This document shows positions 1 to 8,196 of a stretch of DNA of 35,325 bases, piece by piece. Source of the DNA: Bacteroidia bacterium (GTDB taxonomy: Bacteria > Bacteroidota > Bacteroidia > Palsa-965); NCBI GenBank assembly GCA_035760825.1, contig DASTSF010000436.1:1-35325 (forward strand), written 5' to 3'. How positions within the stretch are numbered: position 1 is the first letter of the stretch; every line of letters starts with the position of its first letter. A program made the translations under genes and the position numbers. A model generated the notes under the pieces. It was not told where the DNA came from. It did not search any database and worked only from the letters and a program-made list of their open reading frames with translations.

Positions 1-132
1 CTGGGCGATGGTCTGCATATTCATCGTAACCAACAGAACAGAAGATCCCAGATTTGCTGCGGCAGCGGCAGCTTCGCACCCGGCGTGTCCTGCACCCACA
101 ACAATAACATCATATTCCCGCAGAAGACTCAT
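1..132 (-). CDS. mnmG: tRNA uridine 5-carboxymethylaminomethyl modification enzyme MnmG/GidA, first 44 codons only; gene runs off the left edge
   Basis: Not in the ORF track because it is open at the window edge. Reverse-strand translation from the ATG at 132 gives [59 protein letters not shown] is the FAD-binding GxGxxG N-terminus typical of MnmG. Confidence 0.8.
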   Translation of the reverse strand, partial: MSLLREYDVIVVGAGHAGCEAAAAAANLGSSVLLVTMNMQTIAQ

Positions 133-166
133 GCCGCGAAGTTACATCATTCGTACGTTTCACGTG

Positions 167-194
167 AAACAAGAAGCCCCGCACAGGCGGGGCT
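167..194 (-). terminator. Rho-independent terminator after the lipocalin-like gene (end of the DUF4175-kinase-ybeY operon)
   Basis: AGCCCCGC-acag-GCGGGGCT, a perfect 8-bp GC-rich stem at 175-194. On the minus strand it is followed by TCTTGTTT. Confidence 0.7.
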
Positions 195-215
195 CGAAAC
201 TATTTCTTTGAAAAA

Positions 216-680
216 TTACTTCTGCTTATTCGTCCCGTCGGCATTCACCGGTACATAGTAGATATTGTTGTGAACATCGTCGCTATCCTTGTAATCGACT
301 TGCAGCTGCTGCTCGGTCATACTCACAATCTTAAATTTCCTTACCACGCCAGCATCGCTGGTGAGCGTAAGCCAGATTCCTCCTTTATCGAGGACCCATG
401 TGCCACCTTCGGCAACGCCATTGTAGATAAGACGATATCGGCCGTTTTCCTGTACTACCAGCTGATCATTCTTTTGATCATCTTGCGGGCCTTTTTCAAC
501 TCCGAATACCTCCGTTTTGGACAAAACCCATGTCCGGCAAAGAATTTTTTCCTTAGGCGTAAGAGTCGACTGCGTTGCAGAGGCACCTGTGGTCCCGCTT
601 GTGGCGGTTGTCGGCTTTGACGTTTGGGCAAAAGACATCAAGCCTAATGAAATGAATCCGATGGTAAAAAGCTTTTTCAT
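216..680 (-). CDS. Secreted lipocalin-like/beta-barrel domain protein (hypothetical)
   Basis: ORF track, ATG start. Signal peptide MKKLFTIGFISLGLMSFAQ, a T/S-rich linker, then a beta-rich domain resembling lipocalin-like proteins. Only a 10-nt gap from ybeY. A terminator hairpin follows at 175-194. Confidence 0.6.
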   Translation of the reverse strand: MKKLFTIGFISLGLMSFAQTSKPTTATSGTTGASATQSTLTPKEKILCRTWVLSKTEVFGVEKGPQDDQKNDQLVVQENGRYRLIYNGVAEGGTWVLDKGGIWLTLTSDAGVVRKFKIVSMTEQQLQVDYKDSDDVHNNIYYVPVNADGTNKQK

Positions 681-690
681 GTTTCCGGGT

Positions 691-1131
691 TTAGAAGGTA
701 CGTAAAGCTAACGCTTTTTCTTCCTGCCTCCGCATGCGTTCTTTTTCAGCGGAGGTTTTATCGCGAAAGCCGACAAGGTGCAGCAATCCATGTGCCATAA
801 CGCGGTGAAGCTCGTCACGAAAAGTGCAACCGTATTTTTTTGCATTCTCCCTGACGCGGGCTACACTGATGTATATTTCGGCGGAAATCTTTTTTTCCCG
901 GCCCACACGAAGATCAAAGGTTATAATATCTGTCAGCGTATCGTGCCCGAGGTATTCCGTGTTTATCCGCAGCAGCTTCCGGTCGGTGACAAAAACATAA
1001 TTCAGGGAAAGGATATCATACCTGTGATTTTGAGCTATACCGATCAGCCAGGCTCGCACTTTTCCCTTGTCCCTGAGTGTAAGTTTTACGTCCTCCGGGA
1101 AGAAATAAATTTCTGAAGAAGGGGAATTCAT
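691..1131 (-). CDS. ybeY: rRNA maturation endoribonuclease YbeY
   Basis: 146 aa. The zinc motif HRVMAHGLLHLVGFRD fits HxxxHxxxxxH (HGxLHLxG). The start overlaps the upstream stop by 1 nt (TAATG). Confidence 0.9.
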   Translation of the reverse strand: MNSPSSEIYFFPEDVKLTLRDKGKVRAWLIGIAQNHRYDILSLNYVFVTDRKLLRINTEYLGHDTLTDIITFDLRVGREKKISAEIYISVARVRENAKKYGCTFRDELHRVMAHGLLHLVGFRDKTSAEKERMRRQEEKALALRTF

Positions 1132-1559
1132 TAATTGGGGCTGATGACAAATTCCAGGGAAACGGATTTGCCATTGTCGGAAAACTCGACCTTATCGGCC
1201 AGGTGGCGCATGAGAAAAACGCCACGCCCGTTCGGCTTTTCCAGGTTCTCCGGGTTCGTAGGATCGGGGAGGTTGTTGTAATCGAAACCCGGGCCCTGGT
1301 CGGAAATGCTGAACATAAGGGCATTGTCCGTAGCGGAAACATTAAGATTTACGTTCTTCTGGGGGTCATAGCGGTTGCCATGCTGCATAGCATTGTTCAC
1401 CGCTTCTGTTACCGCCACAAGAATGTTTCCGTAATAATCCTCGGACACATTACAGGCCGTACAGATCTCGTTGATCAGCTTCTCGATAATTCCAATATTT
1501 CCGGGAACTGATGAGATAGATATTTTTTGGTCCCGAATCATCTCTTCGGTATGGGTCAT
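1131..1559 (-). CDS. Anti-sigma regulatory factor-type Ser/Thr protein kinase (HATPase_c_2, RsbW/SpoIIAB-like)
   Basis: 142 aa. N-box EAVNNAMQHGN, G1 box DQGPGFD, G2 box GRGVFLM. Its ATG overlaps the stop of the upstream giant gene (ATGA at 1556-1559). Confidence 0.8.
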   Translation of the reverse strand: MTHTEEMIRDQKISISSVPGNIGIIEKLINEICTACNVSEDYYGNILVAVTEAVNNAMQHGNRYDPQKNVNLNVSATDNALMFSISDQGPGFDYNNLPDPTNPENLEKPNGRGVFLMRHLADKVEFSDNGKSVSLEFVISPN

Positions 1560-4500
1560 TTCTGCTGAACTCCGTTAAAATAGTTGTTTACCTTGTTCTT
1601 ATAGAAAGGAGAAAGGGCCGGGGGAACAGTCCGCAATAATTCCGCTTCTTTCTGTTTCTGCCTATTATACTCTGAAAACCCGTTAGGGTTACTCTGTTGC
1701 TGATTTTTTGCTTCGTTTGCCTGGCGCTGGTTATCCATATCGCGTTGCTGCTCGGCCTTTTCGAATTGCAGAAGCTTATCCAGAATATCCTGCTGGCGCT
1801 GCAGGGTTTGTGCATTGATATTCTTGTTGACCAGGTCCGTTTCTGTTTGCTCCATTTTCTGCTGCACCTGTCCGCCCGGATCAACGCCTCCGCCATTGGG
1901 ATCTTTATTGTCCTGCTGGGCCTGCTGGAGCATCATGCGAATATACTCCTGCTGGGCGGCGAGTTTTGCCAGCTGTTCTGCGTTTTGCCCGTTGGGATCC
2001 TGGGAAAGCTGCTGCATCTGCTGGTTAAGACTTTGCTGCATCTGCCGGAGGCTGGACATCCCGGGCTTGTTCTTTTTCCCATTCCCGGGTTTGTTGCACT
2101 TTCCCCCGGAACACTGGCTTTTGTTCTGCTGATTGGCCTGCTGCATCATATTCTCGAGCGACTCATTCAGCATGAGGGCGAGATTGTTGATCGACGTCAT
2201 GGCGATCTGCTGGCGGTAGCGCGCTTCGCCGGTATTACGGTCGCCGAGCGCCACCATTGCGCGGTCCATGTTCTGGTTGATATTCGTAACCTCCCGGTTC
2301 ACGAGCGGAGAAATCTGCGGATTGCGCTTGCTCAACGCCAGCAGGCTGTCTTCGATCATCTTTGAATCATCGCTGAGCTTTTTCTGCTCGCGGGCGAGAG
2401 CCGGGTACTGCGGATCATTGACATCCGTATTCTGCACCTTTGCCATCAACGCTTCCTGGTCAAACGAAAGCTGAATAAGATTGCTGAGCAGCTGACGTAT
2501 GGCCTGCATATCTTCCGCATTTTCCTCTTCGTCCATTTTCTTTTGCGCTGCCTGAAGCTGGGCCGAAAGATCCTGCATTTGCTGCGCTGCGTTCTTCTGG
2601 TTCTGTGATCCTTTTTTAGAATCACCTTCATTCAGGTTCTGGCTGCCTTCCCGCTGCTGCTGCTGGATTTCCATTTCCTGCAGATCGGTATTGGGAATAT
2701 CGTGCGGACTGTCGAGCTTACTGTTCTCGTCCTGGATCTGGTCAAGATTCTGGCGGAGCTGCTGGAATTTGCTGTTAAGGCTGTCCTGCTGCTTTTTTAT
2801 GTCTTCTTTCTGCTGCTTCGAAAGATTTTTCTGTGCAGAAAGATTTCCCAGCGAATCCTGCTGCTTCTGCATCTGGTTAAGGTCCTGTATTGCCTGGTCG
2901 AGCTTCTGCTGCACGAGCATATCCCGGAAAAGGTTGAGCGTGCGGTCGAGATCCTTCTGGGCATCGGTGTTTTCCTGCTTCATGCTGTCGAGCGCCGCCT
3001 GCGTTTTGTTCTTATCTGCATTCTGCAGCAATTGCTGCAGCTGCTGGATCATCCGCTTCATGTCGTCCGTTTTCAGCTGATCGAAGAGGTTCTGTATTTC
3101 GGACTGTTTCTGCTGAAGGTCGGGATCATTGGGAGAAAATTCCGACTGCTGCTGCATGTTCTGCGCATTCTGCTGCTTGAGGTTATCGATTTTCGTTTGC
3201 AGCGCCTGCTGGCGGTTCTGAAGATCCTCCAGCTTTTTCTTGTCTTCCCACGTGAGCGATTTCTGCTCCATGGTTTTTTTGTAGAGGTCGTCAATATCTT
3301 TCTGCAGTGCTTTGGATTCCGCAAGACTTTCTTCGAGCTCCGTTTCGGTGTTCTTGTTGTTGGCGTCGTTCTGCTGGTTGAGCTGATCTTTCGTAGGAGC
3401 GTGATAGATCATTTTCTGCGACCGCGTGGACTTTGCGCCATGCACTCCGTCGTTGTCCCACACTTCGAAATAATATTCCACCTGGTCGCCCATGCCGATA
3501 TTCAGCCGGGAAAGATCCCAGTAATAATAAAACTGGTCGCGGACGAGCTTATCCGAAACCGGCAGGTTAACAATCTGCGTTTTATCCGGCAGCTCTTTTC
3601 CTGTCGAGTCTTTGTGACTCAGGAAATGATAAACGAACGCGAGCTTCGTGAACCCGTAATCATCCTTCACCTCGCCGGTAAAATACATGCGAAGACGGGA
3701 AACCGAGTCGTTCTTTTCATTGACGGAAATGGACGGGTAAAGATCCGGGATGACGTTCACGCTGTAGCGGATGGAGTCGCGGCTTTTGAGAAATTCATTG
3801 GCCGTGTGCAGCGAATAATTCCGGCTTTCGAGAAAACGCTGCGTGAATGCGAACTGGTTTTCTCCCGTCGGCTTGAGCGAATAGGACGTATCGCTGAATG
3901 CGAAAAGAAAATTCTTTGTTGCGCGTGTGTTGAACCGCCAGGTGACAGACGTTCCTGCAGGAATGACAAGATCGCCGGTGTTCTTCAGCGTTTCGTCTTT
4001 TTTGCCAATGTATTTCGGGTAATGCAGGTCGACATCGAAATTCAGCACAATGGGATTGGGCAACACCTCGAGCGTATATTCTTTCGAGGTAAAACCGTCA
4101 GCGGAAAGGCGGAACGTCTGGGTTTTCTGCAGGTTGCGAAACACGTAGCTGAAGTTGATCGTGTTGTCGCGGTTCATGCGGTATTCGTTCCCGTCGACAA
4201 GCATGTAGACTGTTTCCGGGATCTCAGAGCCGGTCAGTTTCACGTGAAGCGGAAAATCTTCATTCTCCACGCCTTTCAGGTCCTGCGCGATCTCGAAGCG
4301 GAACGGAGCCTGCGTTTCATAATCCTCGCCGTGATTCACAAGGCGCCGCGTTCCTTCGGAAAGAATCCCGGCGTTGGTGAAAACGATAACCAGCATTACC
4401 AGCAGAGGGATGACGGCATAGCGTGCGTATTTCCTGTTTTCGCGCAGGTCAATGGCGGAGGTAAACGGAACGGGGCGCAGCTCGGAAATTTTCTGGCTGA

Positions 4501-4909
4501 TGCTGGCTTCGATGAGCGCACGGCTTGCACCGGAATCCGCAGCGGACGATTTTTTCAGCTGCAGCACATTGAGCAGCTTGTCCTGCACATTGGTAAAATG
4601 TTTCCCGATGATCTCAGCAGCCTGCTCGTGCGAAATGATCTTACCAATACGGTTGAGCTTGAACAGGGGGAGCGCGACAAAACGTCCCAGCACAAAAAGC
4701 GTGGCGCCGATGAAGGAATAAAAGAGAACTGTCCTGACTGACGTATCAAAATGCCCGAAATATTCGGAGACAGTAAAAACAAGATACCCGGCCAGCAGAA
4801 TTCCCACTGCATAGAGCATGCCGCGGATGAGCATGTTCTTGTAGTATTTCCTGATAAACTCATCGAGCTTGCCAAGGAGGAGTTCGTAGCTGCCGGTCGT
4901 ATTTTCCAT
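1556..4909 (-). CDS. Large membrane-anchored Gln-rich coiled-coil protein, DUF4175-like
   Basis: The ORF track entry 1556..4927 starts at TTG; the first ATG is at 4909 (MENTTGSYELL...). Two N-terminal TM helices (GMLYAVGILLAGYLVFTV; VLFYSFIGATLFVLGRFVALPLF), a beta-rich middle, and a C-terminal half dominated by Q/N/K/D/E heptad-like sequence. The layout matches Bacteroidota DUF4175 proteins from memory; unverified. Confidence 0.75.
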   Translation of the reverse strand: MENTTGSYELLLGKLDEFIRKYYKNMLIRGMLYAVGILLAGYLVFTVSEYFGHFDTSVRTVLFYSFIGATLFVLGRFVALPLFKLNRIGKIISHEQAAEIIGKHFTNVQDKLLNVLQLKKSSAADSGASRALIEASISQKISELRPVPFTSAIDLRENRKYARYAVIPLLVMLVIVFTNAGILSEGTRRLVNHGEDYETQAPFRFEIAQDLKGVENEDFPLHVKLTGSEIPETVYMLVDGNEYRMNRDNTINFSYVFRNLQKTQTFRLSADGFTSKEYTLEVLPNPIVLNFDVDLHYPKYIGKKDETLKNTGDLVIPAGTSVTWRFNTRATKNFLFAFSDTSYSLKPTGENQFAFTQRFLESRNYSLHTANEFLKSRDSIRYSVNVIPDLYPSISVNEKNDSVSRLRMYFTGEVKDDYGFTKLAFVYHFLSHKDSTGKELPDKTQIVNLPVSDKLVRDQFYYYWDLSRLNIGMGDQVEYYFEVWDNDGVHGAKSTRSQKMIYHAPTKDQLNQQNDANNKNTETELEESLAESKALQKDIDDLYKKTMEQKSLTWEDKKKLEDLQNRQQALQTKIDNLKQQNAQNMQQQSEFSPNDPDLQQKQSEIQNLFDQLKTDDMKRMIQQLQQLLQNADKNKTQAALDSMKQENTDAQKDLDRTLNLFRDMLVQQKLDQAIQDLNQMQKQQDSLGNLSAQKNLSKQQKEDIKKQQDSLNSKFQQLRQNLDQIQDENSKLDSPHDIPNTDLQEMEIQQQQREGSQNLNEGDSKKGSQNQKNAAQQMQDLSAQLQAAQKKMDEEENAEDMQAIRQLLSNLIQLSFDQEALMAKVQNTDVNDPQYPALAREQKKLSDDSKMIEDSLLALSKRNPQISPLVNREVTNINQNMDRAMVALGDRNTGEARYRQQIAMTSINNLALMLNESLENMMQQANQQNKSQCSGGKCNKPGNGKKNKPGMSSLRQMQQSLNQQMQQLSQDPNGQNAEQLAKLAAQQEYIRMMLQQAQQDNKDPNGGGVDPGGQVQQKMEQTETDLVNKNINAQTLQRQQDILDKLLQFEKAEQQRDMDNQRQANEAKNQQQSNPNGFSEYNRQKQKEAELLRTVPPALSPFYKNKVNNYFNGVQQK

Positions 4910-5045
4910 TAGTTCATTCCCTAACAAATTTGCGTAATAATAACGGCATTTCCGAGTAAACGTTACGGTTACGGGGGCAATAGTTTGTTAAAAGATGCGT
5001 TTGATAAAAGGAATCCACATCCCGGCACATTTACCCTTATACACG

Positions 5046-5255
5046 ATGAAAAAGGGAACGTTCATTTTTCACCGCATTTTGCGACCGGTGTTGATCGCAG
5101 CAATCGCATTCATGACGACGATCGCGGTGGAAAGTTGTCACCAGGCATGCAAGCATGCGCAGAAAACAAATGCGGCGCTGGCAACAGGCACTTACCGTTT
5201 CGGGATGAAAAAACACAGTAAGTACAAACGGATGAACCGGAAGAGCGCAGGGTAA
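5046..5255 (+). CDS. Possible small lipoprotein/basic peptide (hypothetical, 69 aa)
   Basis: Internal ATG of ORF 4995..5255. MKKGTFIFHRILRPVLIAAIAFMTTIAVESC looks like a signal/lipobox, followed by a Lys/Arg-rich tail. No recognisable family. It lies in an otherwise empty 380-bp gap. Confidence 0.3.
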   Translation: MKKGTFIFHRILRPVLIAAIAFMTTIAVESCHQACKHAQKTNAALATGTYRFGMKKHSKYKRMNRKSAG

Positions 5256-5310
5256 AAGACCGCTTTCAGGCGGACTGTCCATTGAGATTTATCCGCGGGG
5301 AAGAATGAAA

Positions 5311-6195
5311 TTATACGTGATGGCCTATTCTTCCGAAAACGCCCAGCGGCAAAACGCTGCCGTGTTTCGCCCTGAGGAACAATTCCCCGGTTTCCACTTT
5401 CCGTCCCGAAAAGAGATTTTCCAGGATCATTGCCGAAAACCCCAGCGAATACGCATTGAGGATGAGAAAGTGATCCTTTTCATCGAGCAGCTCAACGACC
5501 GCCTTGACCATTTCGTTGATATTCTCTTCGAGCTTCCATTTTTCGCCGTTCGGTCCGTGACCGTATGCCGGCGGGTCGAGAATAATGCCGTTGTACCTGT
5601 TGCCGCGGCGCTGCCCGCGTTTCACGAATTTGAGCGCATCTTCCACGAGCCAGCGAATATTGTCCAGCCCGGAAAGCGACATGTTTTCATTCGCCCACGT
5701 CACCACCTGCTTTACGGAATCAACATGCGTGACATCCGCGCCGGCAGCACGCGCGGCAAGGGACGCTCCGCCCGTGTAGGCAAAAAGATTGAGGAATTTA
5801 GGCGCCTGGTCCGGCTTCTGCGCAGCAGACATTTTGCGGACGGATGAATAAATATAATCCCAGTTCACCGCCTGCTCGGGAAAAACGCCGACGTGCTTGA
5901 ACGCCGTGAGCGCAAGGCGCAGCGAGATCTTTTTCCCGTCCTCAAATTCGTACGAAATATTCCAGCGGTCGGGCATGTCGCGTTTCAGCTTTTTCCATTC
6001 ACCGGAAGAGCTGCTTTTCGGAACGAATTTCACATCCGCGATCTTTTCCCATTCTTTCTCATTCTGTGCCGGATCCCAGACAGCCTGCGGCTCGGGGCGG
6101 ATCGTGATGTATTTTCCGAAACGTTCGAGCTTGAGGAAATTTCCTGAGTCGATCAGCTCATAATCTTTCCAGCGGGAAGGGGAGAGGAGAAGCAT
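5311..6195 (-). CDS. Class I SAM-dependent methyltransferase (RlmI/YwbD-like, Methyltrans_SAM type)
   Basis: The track start at 6201 is TTG; the first ATG is at 6195. SAM motif I LNLFAYTGGASLAARAAGA, DVTHVDS, and the catalytic-region motif IILDPPAYG. Confidence 0.8.
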   Translation of the reverse strand: MLLLSPSRWKDYELIDSGNFLKLERFGKYITIRPEPQAVWDPAQNEKEWEKIADVKFVPKSSSSGEWKKLKRDMPDRWNISYEFEDGKKISLRLALTAFKHVGVFPEQAVNWDYIYSSVRKMSAAQKPDQAPKFLNLFAYTGGASLAARAAGADVTHVDSVKQVVTWANENMSLSGLDNIRWLVEDALKFVKRGQRRGNRYNGIILDPPAYGHGPNGEKWKLEENINEMVKAVVELLDEKDHFLILNAYSLGFSAMILENLFSGRKVETGELFLRAKHGSVLPLGVFGRIGHHV

Positions 6196-6198
6196 GCG

Positions 6199-6206
6199 CA
6201 AAGATA
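6199..6206 (-). promoter_or_regulatory. Bacteroidota -7 promoter box TATCTTTG for the methyltransferase gene
   Basis: Exact TAnnTTTG match on the minus strand (plus strand caaagata), 3 nt upstream of the ATG at 6195, which implies a leaderless or near-leaderless mRNA. Confidence 0.45.
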
Positions 6207-6261
6207 GCCGAGAGAACGGAGTATGGAGAACAGGGAGCGGCGGTTTGTCAGAACTCCGTTC

Positions 6262-6269
6262 TATCTTTG
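6262..6269 (+). promoter_or_regulatory. Bacteroidota -7 promoter box TATCTTTG for gltX-folB
   Basis: Exact TAnnTTTG match 7 nt upstream of the ATG at 6277. It lies inside the longer track ORF (6223 start), which argues for the 6277 start. Confidence 0.5.
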
Positions 6270-6276
6270 CGGCGCA

Positions 6277-7818
6277 ATGGAAAACAGAAGAACACGCGTG
6301 CGTTTTGCGCCGAGCCCAACAGGTCCGCTACACATGGGCGGCGTGCGTACGGCGCTTTACAATTACCTGATCGCAAAAAAAGCCGGCGGCGATTTCATAC
6401 TCCGCATTGAAGACACCGACCAGGAACGTTTCGTTCCCGGAGCGGAAGAATACATCATCGAAGCGCTGAAGTGGTGCGGGATCGAACCGAATGAAGGAAT
6501 CGGTTTCGGCGACGGGCCGTTTGCACCGTATCGCCAGAGCGAGCGGAAGGAAAAAGGAATTTACAATCAATACGTGCAGCAGCTTATTGATTCGGGCAAC
6601 GCCTATTACGCGTTCGATACGAAAGAAGAGCTCGATGCGCAACGGGAGCGTTTCGAAAAAATGTCGAAAACGTTTTCCTACAATGCCGTAACACGCCAGG
6701 AACTGAAAAATTCGCTTTCGCTTTCGGAAGACGAAGTGAAAAAACGCATTTCGTCGGGCGAACATTACGTGGTGCGGATGAAGATCCCGCGCAACGAGGA
6801 AGTGCGTTTCCATGACCTCGTCCGCGGATGGGTAGTGGTGCACAGCTCGCAGCTGGACGATAAAGTGCTTTTCAAAAGCGATGGCATGCCTACGTATCAT
6901 CTTGCGAACGTGGTGGACGATTACCTGATGCAGATCACGCAGGTGATCCGCGGGGAAGAGTGGCTTCCTTCGGCGCCGCTGCATGTTTTGCTGTACCGTG
7001 CGTTCGGCTGGGAAAACGTCATGCCGGAATTTGCGCACCTGCCGCTGCTGCTGCGTCCCGACGGGAACGGAAAGCTGAGCAAGCGCGACGGTGATCGCCT
7101 CGGGTTCCCGGTGTTCCCGCTTTCCGGTGAACTCCTGGACGTGAAAACAAAAAAGCCGGAGAAGTTTTCCGGTTACCGTGAAGCCGGTTATTTCCCCGAA
7201 GCGTTCATCAACATGCTGGCGCTGCTGGGCTGGCACGGAAGCGGCAACCAGGAATTGTATTCGAAAGACGAGCTGATCCATGAATTTTCGCTGGAGCGCG
7301 TGAGCAAATCGGGCGCGAAGTTCGATGCGGAAAAAACGAAATGGTTCAACCAGCAGTATTTGAGAAAGCATTCGGATGCCGGGCTTGCGCAGCTACTTAT
7401 TGCCGGCGGTCAATTGCCTGCCGCTGATCCCGGTTTTATAACGGAAGTGTGCCGGCTGATGAAAGAGAAAGTGAATTTCGTGCAGGAGATCTATGAGCAG
7501 GGAAAATTCTTTTTCGATGATCCTTCCGCATACGACGATGGTGTGATCAAAAAGCGCTGGAACGAGGGCGCGAAAAATTTCATAACCGCGCTTATCAATT
7601 CGTTTTCCGCGGTGAATTCATGGACGGCGGCCGATTGCGAAGCCCTGTTCAAGAAGACGGCGGAAGAGACCGGGACCAACCCGGGTCACGTAATGCAGCT
7701 GTTCCGCGTGCTGGTGAGCGGAGCAGGAGGAGGACCGGTGCTTTTCGAGATGACCGCGCTGCTCGGGAAAGAAACTATCGTTCGCCGGCTGAAAACCGCT
7801 CTTGAAAAACTGGCCTGA
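6277..7818 (+). CDS. gltX: Glutamate--tRNA ligase
   Basis: MENRRTRVRFAPSPTGPLHMGGVRTALYNYL carries the HIGH-type motif, and KLSKR is the KMSKS motif. The 6277 start gives the N-terminus typical of GltX. Confidence 0.95.
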   Translation: MENRRTRVRFAPSPTGPLHMGGVRTALYNYLIAKKAGGDFILRIEDTDQERFVPGAEEYIIEALKWCGIEPNEGIGFGDGPFAPYRQSERKEKGIYNQYVQQLIDSGNAYYAFDTKEELDAQRERFEKMSKTFSYNAVTRQELKNSLSLSEDEVKKRISSGEHYVVRMKIPRNEEVRFHDLVRGWVVVHSSQLDDKVLFKSDGMPTYHLANVVDDYLMQITQVIRGEEWLPSAPLHVLLYRAFGWENVMPEFAHLPLLLRPDGNGKLSKRDGDRLGFPVFPLSGELLDVKTKKPEKFSGYREAGYFPEAFINMLALLGWHGSGNQELYSKDELIHEFSLERVSKSGAKFDAEKTKWFNQQYLRKHSDAGLAQLLIAGGQLPAADPGFITEVCRLMKEKVNFVQEIYEQGKFFFDDPSAYDDGVIKKRWNEGAKNFITALINSFSAVNSWTAADCEALFKKTAEETGTNPGHVMQLFRVLVSGAGGGPVLFEMTALLGKETIVRRLKTALEKLA

Positions 7819-7824
7819 TCATCC

Positions 7825-8175
7825 ATGGGCATCATCAACGTAAACGGTATCCGCGTTTATGCGTACCACGGCTGTCTCCCGGAAGAAACGAAGATCGGCG
7901 GGGAATACGTTGTGGACGTTTCCATCGAAACCGATTTTTCCAAAGCGGCGGAATCAGATGATCTTTCGGAGACCGTGGATTATTGCACCGTGAATGAGAT
8001 CGTGAGAACGGAAATGACGTTGCCTTCGAAACTGATCGAGCACGTGGCGAAACGGATCGCGGATCATCTCCGTAAAAAATTTCCCGCAGTGAAATTGTTC
8101 CGTGTCACCGTGACGAAGATCAATCCGCCGATGAACGGGGCCGTGGATTCTGTTTCGGTTGTCGTGGAGGGATGA
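7825..8175 (+). CDS. folB: Dihydroneopterin aldolase
   Basis: 116 aa. INVNGIRVYAYHGCLPEETKIGGEYVVDV is the typical FolB N-terminal signature. It starts 6 nt after the gltX stop. Confidence 0.9.
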   Translation: MGIINVNGIRVYAYHGCLPEETKIGGEYVVDVSIETDFSKAAESDDLSETVDYCTVNEIVRTEMTLPSKLIEHVAKRIADHLRKKFPAVKLFRVTVTKINPPMNGAVDSVSVVVEG

Positions 8176-8176
8176 T

Positions 8177-8194
8177 TTTTTCCCGGCGGAAAAA
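8177..8194. terminator. Weak AT-rich hairpin between convergent folB and the membrane-protein gene
   Basis: TTTTTCC-cggc-GGAAAAA, a 7-bp stem with a 4-nt loop, flanked by T and A runs. It could act in both directions. Confidence 0.3.
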
Positions 8195-8196
8195 CG

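Noticed and set aside
2702-4741. A 679-aa plus-strand ORF, the second longest ORF in this part of the window
   Set aside because: It is fully antisense to the DUF4175-like gene. Its Leu/Phe/Arg-rich sequence is what the complement of CAG/GAA/AAG-rich coding DNA produces. It has no motif and no plausible start context. The minus-strand frame has TM helices, domain-like regions and operon coupling.
6328-7371. A 347-aa minus-strand ORF
   Set aside because: It is antisense to gltX, whose identity is unambiguous (HIGH and KMSKS motifs). This is a shadow ORF in GC-rich coding DNA.
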